Assembly (NCBI GenBank): GCA_002633005.1
Contig: NMRA01000143.1
Location: 129,402 to 193,401, forward strand
DNA length: 64,000 bases
Origin: Phoronis australis
Taxonomy: Eukaryota > Animalia > Phoronida
Direction: 5' to 3'
Shown here: positions 51,086-63,864 of the stretch, piece by piece
Layout of the letters: every line of letters begins with the position of its first letter
How positions within the stretch are numbered: position 1 is the first letter of the stretch
The notes under the pieces: generated by a model
The model's database searches: none
Told to the model about the DNA's origin: nothing
Seen by the model: only the letters and a program-made list of their open reading frames with translations
Translations under genes and position numbers: made by a program

Positions 51086-52727
51086 ACGTTTATTTACATC
51101 CGAGAGAGAACACTTAACCCGTAGAACACTAGCATACGTGCCCCGGTTTCATCGGCCAACGATTTTCCTGTAACCATACACATGTAACCAGTCTACATGG
51201 TGGGACTCCTATATAGGACTAATTTTGGACCTCGAACCTGGTACCTCAAATTCAAAATGATTGTTACTGAGACCACCACAGACTGATTTTTCAGGTATTC
51301 GAGTTTGTACCATTACTTCGGTCCCAGAGTTTACCCCTCGGGTATACCACCCTTCAGCAATTTGAATTAAAACCCAAGGATTTTTATAGACTTGGGCGAG
51401 GTGGAATATTTATTTGACCCCTTAGGCCTAATATTCGCAGTATTCGAACAGTCTGAATAGGCGTCGAGTGTCAGGGCATCATGATGGCAAAATAAACAAC
51501 AGCTGACACACATGTATAATTGACCCACATTTAACGACTGTTTGTGGAGGTCTTACTTGCATACATTGTAAACATTTGGAAATATGCATCATTATTTTTA
51601 TTAAAAGTCCTCTACTTAATGAAACTAATGGACAAAACATTCGTTCCGTTGGTATATTTGAAAGTGAACTAATTGGTTAAACAAACATTGTTTAATTACA
51701 TTTACAACATAACAACATGACAATACTGTCAACGTTCGATACGAACATGTACTCTCACACACTCACTCAGGGAAAGCCGTTGTCAGTTTTGTGCAAAAAA
51801 TACAGAAATGATTTATTTTATTTGGGCTGTTTTTCAAGTTTCGTCACCTTGTGAATTCTAATGGCTATTCCAGATTATAAAATAGAGTAAACATTCTCCA
51901 GTATGGGGGTCGCATTGTGATGAACAAGTGGAATTTAATTTTTGTTAAAATTACTCAACAAAATTAAGTAACTTGTGAGAAATTTCAGCTTGGCCATCAG
52001 CACAGTGTATATAATACAGAAGTGATCACCTAAAAGCGTTTGGCAAATGTTGAGCACTTTCAATGTTGTGCGTCTTTGTAACACAGAAAAAATCGTGATT
52101 TCAGCAATTGTTTTTGTCCCAAATTGAAGATTTTGCGCTGTAAATTACTACGTGTTCACTACTGGTCTGTGGACTTGGTGTACTGAGCTCAGTCGACTGA
52201 ACACTGGCTAAAACTAGGCGCAGGAAGTGTATCTTAATAGCTTAACACTTGCTATGCAACACTTCGCTACAAATAAATAAAAAGAAACGATACGTTTAAT
52301 TTTCGTTTTATGACATGTTTGAGTTTCTCCTTGTTGACTCCTCATGCAAAACATGAAACGTATCCAAGCAATTCCAACAGCGTTTTGGAGATCAATAGAG
52401 ACTGAAAACTTCATACAAATCCGATCATCCATTCCTGAGACATGACGTCTCGAATTTAGCCAAATTCAGACATTTTTTCTAAGATCCTACATAATAAAAT
52501 AAATGCTTAAAACTGCAAATAGGTTATATTACGTCACTTTAATTTACAAAATGTTTCTATATTTCGAAATGAGGTGAAAACAAGCGAAAATGTATCTTTA
52601 TAATACCCGAAACTTGGAACAAGTTGATCCCGCACTACAGAAGCTGTTTCAAAACCAATGCATGTCTTTCTTCCTGTCTGGGAGACGATCGCTGTTTCAT
52701 TAGATGGTTTTGTATTTACAGGCAACC

Positions 52728-53690
52728 ATGCCGCGACCAGTAAGAACAGCCTACGGAGACCAGAAGCCTCCGTACTCATACATCGCTCTAACTGCAATGG
52801 CGATCCAAAACTCGCCGGAAAAGATGCTGCCTCTCAGCGACATCTACAAATTCATTATGGAAACATTTCCTTTCTATCGGAAAAATACTCAAAGGTGGCA
52901 AAATTCGCTGCGACATAACCTGTCATTCAACGACTGTTTTATCAAAGTGCCTCGGCGTCCCGACAGACCCGGAAAAGGAAGCTTCTGGGCGCTGCATCCA
53001 CGCTGTGGAGAAATGTTCGATAACGGGTCATTCCTTCGCCGAAGAAAGCGATTTAAACTTCGCGGTCAAGGTGGCATAGATAACGGCGACGAACCAAGCG
53101 ACGACGCGTCCTCAGATATGGACTTTCTGAGAATGGACGAAAAGCTCAGGAACTTTCGCAGAAGCGTTTCATCTGCGCCTTACCCGTTGCCAGTAACTGG
53201 ACTGAAACAGAGCGCGGGAAACTCAAACGTATTGTCTTTCAGCATTGAAAACTTAATGTCTGCCGACAAGAAAAACCACGTGCCACTTTCTCCATCGACA
53301 GTGCCGTTTCCGGTGGCTGTGCCATTCCCTCCGCCAATGGCGTTCCTACCGGGAGTGCACGTGACTTCGCAATTGACGTCACCGTTATCTCAACCCCAAT
53401 CTCTGTTCATGAATCCATTCCTTACGAACATTGTGCCTTTTAATTACCATGCTAACCTGTTAATGCACGCGCATCAAAATCTTGTAGCCAGTGCAAAACA
53501 CGCCGAACGGCTTAAATTACCGGAGAAGCAGGCGACAGTTATGACGCCAATTCTGTCGGTGCCAACATTTGGACCTGGTTCTGACGAAGCAGTAGATAGA
53601 CAAATTCAAAATTCAGATGGTGATGATTCGCAACACGACTCAAACGACATTCCCGATTCTTCAACCTCGGTAATTTCTAAATCAATTTAG
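52728..53690 (+). CDS. FOXB: Forkhead box B transcription factor (single coding exon, 320 aa)
   Basis: [27 protein letters not shown]...[36 protein letters not shown]...FLRRRKRFK is the FoxB-class forkhead domain at the extreme N-terminus. An eh1 motif (FSIENLM) lies downstream. The ATG is preceded by a splice acceptor (TTTACAG|GCAACC), so the ORF-track start at 52704 is probably intronic. Confidence 0.95.
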   Translation: MPRPVRTAYGDQKPPYSYIALTAMAIQNSPEKMLPLSDIYKFIMETFPFYRKNTQRWQNSLRHNLSFNDCFIKVPRRPDRPGKGSFWALHPRCGEMFDNGSFLRRRKRFKLRGQGGIDNGDEPSDDASSDMDFLRMDEKLRNFRRSVSSAPYPLPVTGLKQSAGNSNVLSFSIENLMSADKKNHVPLSPSTVPFPVAVPFPPPMAFLPGVHVTSQLTSPLSQPQSLFMNPFLTNIVPFNYHANLLMHAHQNLVASAKHAERLKLPEKQATVMTPILSVPTFGPGSDEAVDRQIQNSDGDDSQHDSNDIPDSSTSVISKSI

Positions 53691-54011
53691 ATTACGAGTA
53701 AGATAGGCCCTAAACTTTGTTGACTGACTAGGACTGTGAGCTTCAACTAAAATATTTCAAGGATGTAAGAAATCCTCCACATTTTGTGCGTGATGTCAGT
53801 CCGGTCCATGTTGATTTTACAACTTCCACTCGAAACGTGCAAAATTTTACGGACCTCTTAGCTATAACTGTGATCCTTCAAGACATTGTTCAACTTGACT
53901 GTTTTTGTGCTGCTTACTCCGGAGACTACTTCAGTGAAATGGGCTCTGCATGGGCTCTCAGTTGAAATAGTTGGTTGAAAACTTAGTTTTGTTCGCTACA
54001 CCTTGGATAAG

Positions 54012-54364
54012 TTAAAGTGGACACAGACCCATTACGAGAACAGCTTTTGATTTAGACCGCTAAATTTGATGAAATTGGTGTCAAATTGTTCCCTTGTCTA
54101 AATAGGTATGGTTTCTGGAGTTGAAAAGAACTGACAGCTCGTGATTACTCCAGACGACGTGGTACATATACGTTGATTTATCACGGCGTGTCATATTATT
54201 CGCCCAACATGATCTCCGGCAAGAACGGACTGTCAGATTTTTTCAAGACCAAAAATAACTTATCATGAGAGTTAGAAACAATTGGAGACAAATGTTTATA
54301 GTTAGTAAGGGATCTAAATCCAAAGTTAGTTTCTTCGACGGAACGCGGGTTTGTGGCCCCCTAA
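54012..54364 (-). mobile_element. Second copy of the TTAA-type element, downstream of the FoxB stop codon
   Basis: The reverse complement of its right end (TTAGGGGGCCACAAACCCGCGTTCCGTCGAAGAAAC) aligns with 5079-5120; shared internal AACTGACAG and CTAAATC motifs. Confidence 0.5.
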
Positions 54365-55048
54365 CAAGGATCACGTGCGATACGGGAAAGCGCACGTGGC
54401 TTTGTTAAATGTTAGAAAATATGTATGACCTGTCATGTCATGACAAGTTTATTTGAATTTATTTTGATGTTTATGCCAATCTTTCTCATTTTAATCATTG
54501 GCCAGTCTACTAAGACTGGGCTGTGTTGGGTTCATTTCTTGAGACCTACAGTCTATCCACCATCAGAAAATCTAAAAGTAGTCGGCCTATAACTTAAAGA
54601 ACCCCAAAACAAAATGGTTGAAAATCGTAGAGTAGCCATTTGATGGGAGGGACGCTAGAGTTGCAATCGTACACGTCTCCCTCATGTCGAACAACAATGT
54701 CGCTATAACCGACTGTACTTTGTGGTCCGCTCAAACCAGTTGGTCCCGGAAGAACCGGGATGAGTTGCGTGGATGCAAAACATTCGCGAGTAAAACTAAA
54801 TCCCCTTTTTCTCTTGCAAGCAACTTTCCGTACAGAACGCAGCCCTGTTACGGTAATTAAAAATATGGCGCACAATGGAACTACATTTTATTTCTTTTGT
54901 TTTCATAAAAGATGAGTATTACCAAATAAATGCTTTGTCGTTTTCAAGTTCAGAGAAATGTCTTGACAAACTTATAGGGCATGCGCAACAATGTCAGAGT
55001 CCTTTGAAAAATGAAAAAGATGATTTGACAACGGGAATCGGATATATA

Positions 55049-55280
55049 CATGCGCGCACCCAGCCTTCAATATGCGGGGCTCGAATTCCTAACTTTGTGT
55101 ACCTTTTGGTAACAAAAAGCGGGCGGACTAAAAAAAAACGGGCGCACCACTGTGAATTGAGCGTTTGCGCATGTTTGATGGACTTATGCTTCATTTTCTC
55201 GGACTTTTTGTCTCTCTGAGGCTGACTTTTTTGCCCACTTTGCCAAATGGGGGGCTCGTTCGAGCTACCCCCCCCCCCAG
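55049..55280 (-). mobile_element. MITE family B, lacking one TIR
   Basis: Highly similar to 45506-45750 (CATGCGCGCACCCAGCCTTCAATAT...GCCAAATGGGGGGCTCGTTCG). Confidence 0.8.
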
Positions 55281-57291
55281 AAACACGAAACAGGCACCGA
55301 ATAGAATTGTAACACGAGATTTTTCTTATCGGATGCAGATGGCCAAAAACGATTATTTTCAAATCATGTAGAATGCGGTCACTTAGCGAAACGTTAAAAT
55401 AAATATTTAAATGTGTAGTCCGTGCTCATGCGTGCAGTTTTGACTTCTCAACGTTCGTATGAGTCTTAAATTTTAAAAATTGTAACAACCCCCGAAACCA
55501 CGAATTCCTCTGACAGCAAAAGCTGCCTCCACGTAAGGCCATAAAATGGAGTCCCATGGTCCATTGGTCTGTTGCTGGGCAATTTGCTTCACGAAACTGA
55601 CATGTGCTGTGCAGGGCAGTGATGCCGACAATGGATTGGTTTGTGCGACAAAATCTTAGCGTGTTCAATTGTTGACTTCGGGTAACAAATGTGCCTCGTT
55701 TAAATAGGGAATTTCACTATCGCTAGGAGTGAATTAAATGCAATTAACCTCAAAAGAACAACGTGATGCTCCATAATCACGCTGGTGTCCCTGACTGGGA
55801 TTCACATCATTATTATTTTCAAACGAAATATAATTGAAAACATGACTGTACTTCCTGTTGGACAGCTTGATATACACTCGCTCATATCCTCGGTACAATT
55901 TCCGATCTTCACAAGTTTTTCACGACTGATTAACAGACTCCAAGATCGTTAACCAAAAGTCGCGAAAAACCTGTGCCGAAAGCGGAGTTCACAGGTGTTT
56001 AGCGCACGCTGGTTCCGTTCCATTAGGCTCGAGGCCTTCCTACCGTGAGTTATATCCACACACTCTGCTTGTATGCCCTTCTGCTTGCTCTCATCGTTTT
56101 ATTTCACTGTTTATTCGGCTTCCACCATGTTCATTTTACCAAATGTCTGAGGATGAGACATGCTCTCTTTGTTTTTTTGTAATGTCTATTGACAATTTGC
56201 TTCACAAGTGCACACCGGAAGATTGAAAATTGTTCACAAAGTATGAACGAGAGTATATCAAGGCATCCAACAGAAAGTACAGTCGTGTTTTCAATCAAGT
56301 TTGTGGGCTGCTAGAGAACTATACTGCAAACGAAAGACGAGAAACAAATAAGTACCAAAAAGGGACGACCGTAATTCGTTGTAAACTTTTACGGAATTCA
56401 GAAAACAAAAACGTTATACCGACTTCCACGCGTAACGATTATCGTTTTTCGTTTTAACGAAGCAAATGTGGTGGAACAATGCAAACCTCCTCAGTAACCT
56501 TGAGTAGATCACGCTTAAATGTTCAGTGGTTTGTGGACACAGATATGCGTGACTGACAAATTCACTTCCTTGTTTCATGACAAGCTACAGCTAAAGATAT
56601 CGCAAGGAGATGGTTAATATGAGTTACGAGCCGTTTTCCTAAAACATTGCTTTTGTTTACGCAAACACTGTTGTCGAAATTTACTCGTATTCTCAGGCGA
56701 GGGGATTTTATATTTTGTGTCGAACTCGAGTGTTTTTCCCGACTACACTAACAGTCCTCTTAGGATCCGCGTATTTCCGATAGATCTCATGTAGACAAAG
56801 GAAAACGTGGCGTGTTTTTCTACCATGCCCATTCAATTCACAACCTGTTGATCGTGTTATTTTTTTAATAAAACCATCAGGATGACAAGAGCCAGTCTGC
56901 GGGTTTATTGATTTAACTCTGTTGTGTTTATTAAAATATTTACATAAACTTTCAAACAATCACCACCTGTCTCCAAAGAGAACCACGGCCGTGTAGGTCG
57001 CACTTTAATAAAATCGATACACGAATACCGTTTCAAATGCGTTACGGGGTTACACAAAAGCTGCCAACGGAGAGTCCTAATCGAGTAAACATCTCGAACG
57101 CGCGAGTTCACAAAAATCCGCGACTGCCCTTTTCACACTCGTTCTCTTAAGCGGTACTTAAAATAAACTGACAACATCGAAATGGAAAAATTTCGACCAG
57201 CGAAAGGGTGACTAAAAATACATTTCATAACAAAATCCATTTTGATACTCGCAAAATCTCGTCAATAGGCTTCTTCTGAATTCTCCTACTT

Positions 57292-57457
57292 TAGTGGCGG
57301 ACTTAAGGGGGCGGGGGGAAGGAGACCGTGCCCCCCCCCTCCCCCTAAAATTTTCCCAGATTCCATTTGGCAGTTCGGGGGTGCGAATGTCTGACGGGCA
57401 AAATCCTGACTAATATTCTGCCCTTCCCCTCAACTCAAAATCCTGGATACGCCCCTG
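57292..57457 (+). mobile_element. MITE family A, 5-bp TSD TACTT
   Basis: TAGTGGCGGACTT...TCCTGGATACGCCCCTG flanked by TACTT on both sides. Confidence 0.8.
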
Positions 57458-59174
57458 TACTTGCCCACACTTTGAGCGAACAATCGCCACTGGGTGCCTC
57501 ACCAATAATTAATTAATCTAGACTGACGGCAACAGTGCGAATTTACTGCGACACCTCCGGTATGAAGTATGTGAAGGTTTGACAGATCAGCAGAGTTCTA
57601 CCGCTCAAGTCAGTCCAGTTAATTTTGAAAGCTACTGTATGCAACAACCTGCAGACGATATAACAGGTTATATAAAGAGGCTCGCTATAATTTTGCCAAG
57701 AAATTGCAGTTAAGTCTGTCAACCACCGTTTTCAATCAGTCTAAATACGATGATTGATTAAAACACACAAGAAAACACTTGCCACATAAAACATAAAAAT
57801 CCCACGTACAAAATTACCAAGCTATTCTGGTCACATTTTAAACGTCAAAATGTCGAACCTGAATTCAAGACAGCTGAAAATTTCACCATTAATAAAAGCT
57901 ATTCATTCAGCTACCCTGTACAAAAATACTGCAGATATCATAGGTACCGAGTAGCTGAGTACTAGTCTTGTAAGGTAACCAGAGACATTTTAGCAATTTA
58001 CCATGAGAAACTGGTGGTCCTTGTAATGTATTATCGAGTAGCCTAGTACCCTCATAAAATGCTTACAGAGAGCACCGGGTTTAAACAAATTTTAATTAAA
58101 CAATTCTCCATAGATTCTCTGCACATGATGTTATTTTCCCACTTGATTGAATGGAGGCCTAGAATGACTTTGATAGTACAACATGTGCCTCACAAATAAA
58201 GAAACTGTACCCCAGTGAACGATTCACGAAAACTCGAGCGATTTTATGGCTCACACCTAGACAGCCGACAATCTTCGAAGGGAGGGGGCATGAGAGCACT
58301 TTGCTCGACCAGATTGATGTTACTGAGGTGGCAGCACGGGTAGTTACTTCTCCTCACAATAAAAGACAAAACCCAAACCACTGGCTCTTAAAACCCCACT
58401 CAGTTACTGGTCTTCTAGTGCTTGATTTTCGTCCATAGAATAGCCAAGTTTAATTAACCTCACAGAAACAACAGAATGTTAAATACAGAATTTATTAAAC
58501 TTGCAGTTGACTTAGATAAAAAAGCCCAGGTACAAAAGATACCCATGAACAGTAGTGCCAAAACATGGTCAAATCTATTGACAATAAAACAGAATCTCAA
58601 CATTTCAAATATTCACACTCAAACTATGAAGATAGCTTTTGTGTGTGTTCAAGCATTTTAACGCTCTCCTGAAGCTTAAAATATCCGAAACTTTAACAAA
58701 GTTTCCGCATAAGAATGTGTTTGATTTATCTGAAAACTCTGACAGTGCCCTTCCAGAGAAAAATTTTGCGATAAACTGGGAGGAAAGGTCAATGGTTCAA
58801 CCGACAGGTCTGCTTCAGCTCTACTTTGACATTGTCATGACAGACAACTCAGCCACCTGGATAAAACCTGGTAAGGGACTTCAGTACATTTAGGATAAAG
58901 TTTCCTCAAACTCAAAGTATGACGACCAAAATTGTTATTTTCTGATTTCTCAAATGCTCACTGTGTTTCCAAAAATGTTCAATATTTCGTGGTGTGTTTC
59001 TTGATGACACCTACTATATAAAGTTTTCAAATAATCGAGTAAAGTTGTCTTCTTATTTACTATAATTGTTAAAATTTTTTACCAAATAAAATAATTTTAG
59101 TGTTCCACTATATCCTGTTCTTATTCCACTTCGGGTAGTCCTATTCAAAACTCACAAGGGATAATAATTTTTTT

Positions 59175-59280
59175 TTTCTCAGTCAGGACCATAAACCCAT
59201 TGTTGAGCTGTGTCTTACACAGTCCAACTGAGACAGTTGTATGACTAAAGGCAGGGTTCACAAAGAACTACTTTCATTTA
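59175..59280 (-). repeat. Dispersed repeat family D, copy 3 (partial)
   Basis: CAGGACCATAAACCCATT...GCAGGGTTCACAAAGAACTACTTTCA matches the reverse complement of 35155-35262. Confidence 0.7.
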
Positions 59281-60137
59281 CCTTTTTTGTCAGTTTCACT
59301 AGGCCTATTGTGCATGAAGGACACCAATGACTTTCTGCAATATTCTGTGCCACAATGCGGACAAGCCCAAAACGTAAACTATATGCATGGAGGCTTGCTA
59401 TTTTCAAGCACACTCACTACAAATCAGAACAAATGCCCTCCAAAGTACACATCAAAAATAATGGTACACAAACTGTTGTTCATTTGTCATGATGCTTCGT
59501 GACAAGTAATTATTCACAGTGAATGAATTGAACTCCGACAGCATCCAGCCATCATGATGTGTATTTTTGGAACATTTTGTCAAATTATTTTTGGTCTGCA
59601 AGGCATTTCTCACACAAAAAACAGAAGGGTATCAAACAAAAAATAACGCCAAAACATTTCAAACTAAGGCATATCTTTGCCTAAAAATTTCACTGATTTT
59701 CCATGTCCAAGCAGTGTTCAAGACACCATCCTACAGCTGTGACAAGCATTTTAAAAGACCACCGACACCCTCCCTTTCTTATTCATTGGCACTGAATCCA
59801 AGTTTAATTCCCCAAAAATTACCAGAACAATCTCTTTTCCCAGAATCCTTTGAACTCTTATGACCTTCATTTTTCGTCCCTGGACTCCTCACCTATGCTA
59901 TCAACTTCTTTTTGTCACAGACAGCTTACCACTTCGTTCTTACATTGATTATCTGCAGCACGTGTTTGTCACAGCCCCGACAAGTCACTTAAATCAAGAC
60001 ACTCAAGCCTAGAAGTCACTTCTCAGTAAGGAACAAGGGAAGACCAGTTCTACAGCAGTGAGTGACCTCATGCTTCTTCCAACACTTTATACACTATAAA
60101 CACCTGACTCACACATTTATTAAAATCCTCGTGGAAA

Positions 60138-62073
60138 TCATCCTGCAGACGATTGAATAACTTGTCGGATTTTCTCTGCATCATTTTGCACATTTTCGTT
60201 GCTTGGATCTATTTTTAATGCGGCGTCGTAATCTTGCAGTCCTAAAAGAAAGTGAGAATTCTACTCACTGCTTGATCGTACGAAATGCGCTCAATACACG
60301 GCGACAAAAAAAAGAAAAACAGATGAGCCTTATTCCCCCACTTTCACTATTCAAGCTAATTTTAGATGGATTGACTTAAAAAGTTGGCTTTTTGTACATC
60401 TTACTTATGTCAAATTCAAAAAGTCACTCCAGTGTGCCTCTGTTCATGAGACACTACATCTTATTTTCCAACCATATTTTTTATCAGAAGGGACTTGAGT
60501 AACGAATTACCACAGCATCTGGACTTTTATCACTTTTGTTTTGGAATAATGGAACAGAGATGGATGCAAGTACCAGGATACGGTTACGCATAAACATCCG
60601 CATGCAGTGCCGGACATGTCTGTCACTGCGATCCATTAAAACTGAGTCTGTAACTATCGGATCCTTTTTAGTTACAGTATGACAAAAACCAGTTAACTAT
60701 GACAAAATTAAAGAAAAACTGATGCAGTAGTACTGCTGCTCCTTTGATGATTAGTCTCAGTCTTCCCTGCCAGGGGTCTCCTTCATGAAAAGAGACTTAC
60801 GTGTTAAAACAGAAATTTGGTCTTACGCTCCACATAACTATTTTTCAAAAATAATTAAAACTTACATTTGCAAAATAACTAAGTCTCTGAGATTAATGCA
60901 TATAACTACTACTTACAGAGAAAATTTTGTAGAAATAATTTCCAGCCAGTGATGCATAATAATTTGATGAAAAAAACTTTTAGTAATTGTGAAGTGGGGG
61001 CGTCACACCAAATTTTTGTCTTAATTCTACTTCGTGAAATGGACACAAGGCTTGCGTACCTAACCCCACAATGAAGCATTATCTGACTTATCTTTTAAAA
61101 TCCCCTCCAAAGAATCCAGTCAGTTATAAATGAGAGAGCATCTAATATGATGTTTTGGCCAGTTTGTGACACACTGATTGTAGGTTGTATAGTCTTCAAC
61201 CAACCACATATAAAAGAAAGCTTGTTGCCTAAAACCTCAATCTAAAGTTTAAGCTGTAAAAGCATAATGATGTACAGGTTTATTTAGGCACATGAGCGAA
61301 TATTCAAAATAATGGGATTTTTCAGGTTGTTTTTGACAAAACATTAAACACGTTATTTCAGAAACAAAATAACCCAGCCTGACTTTTAGGAGCACATCTC
61401 TTTTGTAGGAAAATTTCTTTACTGCCTTGATCCATTCTTAGAACTTTTCAATTTATAATATCAATATTGAAAACAAGACATAATGTGCTGTCAATGTCTC
61501 AACCAATGATCATTGCCATACTATTGAATCCACTTTACACAAGCATTCCATCAAAGAAACAAATTTTGATTTCGACTGTTTACCGCCACAAAACTTGTCT
61601 GGAGTTGTGGTTACTTGCTTAGATGAGAAATAGTACTGACAATTCATGGAAAGTACCGACAGTTCATGGAAAGTACCGACAGTTCATGGAAAGTACCGGC
61701 AGTTCATGGAAAGTACCGACAGTTCATGGAAAGTACCGACAGTACATGGAAAGTACCAACAGTTCACAGAAAGTACCGACAGTTTGTTATGGCTCAAGAC
61801 CATGCTCGGTGCACCATATGAAAAATTTAGTGCAATACAGATCGGAGTGCAACATTAGTTTTTGATGTAAAGCAGGTTCACAGCAGCTATACACTTAGTT
61901 TTTCGCATTCAAATGTTACCATGGATACAGGCATGACTTCTCAGGCATAGACTCGCATACTACATACCTTCAACATACAGCTCCAGTTTGCAGAAGGCTG
62001 TTCCTCGACGAATGTGAGCCTTACATCTGCTGCTGGCATTCTGGGCAACAGGGGGAGTTAGTAGCTCCAATGC
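60138..62073 (-). CDS. DNAAF4: Dynein axonemal assembly factor 4 (DYX1C1), last two exons (61968-62073, 60138-60241); gene continues beyond the window
   Basis: Spliced translation [35 protein letters not shown]|[34 protein letters not shown] matches the recalled C-terminal TPR region of DYX1C1. Splice sites are canonical; AATAAA (minus) at 60116-60121. Not in the ORF track. Confidence 0.9.
61630..61784. repeat. 20-bp tandem repeat x~7 in a DNAAF4 intron
   Basis: AGTTCATGGAAAGTACCGAC. Confidence 0.9.
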
Positions 62074-62842
62074 CTGCAAATCATATAGCAACAACGTAAG
62101 TTTAATATGTTCACGCTAAACAAACTGCAATCTCTTTTGTGAAATTTTTGAAGAAAATATTTGAGATTTTTTGAATACTTCACACAGTTCTTCCAAAGTG
62201 TGTTCATTTCCGTCAACGACACATCAACATCCAGTGCAGTCAAAAATTAGCTTGAGATCATTTGAAAATTACCTGAACTGTCTTGCTTTGAAATTCCGCC
62301 AATTTTCAATGAGAAAAGTTTTGCCAACTATTACCAAAATGATGTTACTTGCCCTGATGTCCTGATGGATTAAAAACAACTTCATTCAAATGACAGCACT
62401 TTGGTATGACTATTTTACAGTTAAACATTTTTATTAGGTCTTCAATCATAACACATCATAATATTCACTTTTGAAAGACAATTAAAATAGTAACCTCTGC
62501 TCTCATTTGTTTTTGGCCAAAACATGAGCACGAACTTTAAAATTAGCGCGTAAGTAAACAAAGACATATTGATCCGACATTTTGGTTTATTCACTATAAA
62601 CCGTTCTCAAGGCAAAAGTTAATTTTATTCAATCAGGTGAAAAACAGACAAGAACAGGCTGTACAGGTACATGTCAAAATGCATTGCGAGGGGAGAGACC
62701 AGAAATTAAAACAGTTGCAGCTCAAATGAACCAATGTTTTTATCTCAATATGTCTTTGTTTACTTACATGCTAATTTTGAACCCCTGCTCTATGTTCTTA
62801 ATGTATTGTCCAAACCGCTACACATCCCTACCTTAGTAGTTA

Positions 62843-63864
62843 CAGTGGCCGATCTAGGATATCTCAAGGGGGGCCAACATTTTGTCTGTAAACATTTGCT
62901 CAAAGCACGATATGTAGATGCGTATAGCACCGAATGGGGGGAGGTCGGTTGCCCCCCTCCCGCCCAGGAAACGTTTCTATTTTTACCTCTAAAAATCAAG
63001 CATTTTCCTTGATTACTGAAGTATTGTCCAAGAAAAAAAGGCAAAAGAAAATGGAGAAAGTGTCAAACAGGAAAACTGCAAGTATCACAGACTTGAACTC
63101 ATGACCCGACGGATAGAGCGTGTGTGCTTTACCACTGCACCACCACAATTTAACGCCTAACTTGGTACTAAAAGACCTCCTTGTTTATGGTCCACAGCAT
63201 TTGTGCGCGAAAGCTCCTTCTTTTGTAATGCCTATTACATTATTTTATAGTTTGTGCCATGAGTTTGTAACAAATTTCTTGTATTTAAAATAGTCTTTAA
63301 TTGCCCAAAAGACCCAATCCGTTTTTTGTGTTGGCAATAATGACGCGATTGCTTTGGATATCGTCTTAAGGTTTGACAAAGAGAGAATTATCAGTTTCTG
63401 AGTGGTTCACTAAGGCTTCGATTAAAATTGACATCTTACTAGCAGCTTCTGTTTTTTCATCATCACTCAGATTCCATTTTCTTTAATAATGCGTCAACAT
63501 ATAAATATGTGGGCGCATAAAAAATGAAGAAATATTCTTCATTGCACAGTGGAGCAGACGACGGAAACGGAGTCGCTGTGCCCAGCGCCACTGCCGGTTG
63601 CCTGGGATATCGCGGGAGAGCGCCTATACTTAGCCATATTTCCGATACGATTGCACCGTGTTCCAAATTTGACACTTGAAATTGGATCTGAACCCCCCTC
63701 CAAACACACTAAAACTGCACACGTTTAAATCTTGTTTCAGCCGTATAATTTTAATTACCGGGGTTAATTAATAAACTCAACATTTCCTACACTTTTGCTG
63801 TTTTATTATTTTTTTTTTGAAGCAGCCAAGGGCGGGGGGCAGCCCCCCCCTAAATCCGCCTATG
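62843..63864 (-). mobile_element. Longer (~1 kb) subfamily A2 element in a DNAAF4 intron
   Basis: 62843-62920 matches the reverse complement of 40790-40870, and 63671-63864 matches the reverse complement of 40459-40611 (ATTAATTAACCCCGGTAATTAA; GAGGGGGG...AAGTGTC). The TSD is degenerate (AGTTA/GGTAA). Confidence 0.65.
63080..63148 (-). pseudogene. tRNA-like remnant (pseudo-tRNA or SINE head)
   Basis: Minus strand GGTGGTGCAGTGGTAAAGCAC...GGTCATGAGTTCAAGTC shows Pol III A-box and B-box matches at tRNA spacing; acceptor and anticodon stems are not intact. Confidence 0.45.

Noticed and set aside
52704-52727. ORF-track N-terminal extension MVLYLQAT of FoxB
   Set aside because: Overlaps a splice acceptor; FoxB proteins characteristically begin MPRP.
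63080-63148. Functional tRNA gene
   Set aside because: A and B boxes are present but the cloverleaf stems are broken; kept only as a remnant.
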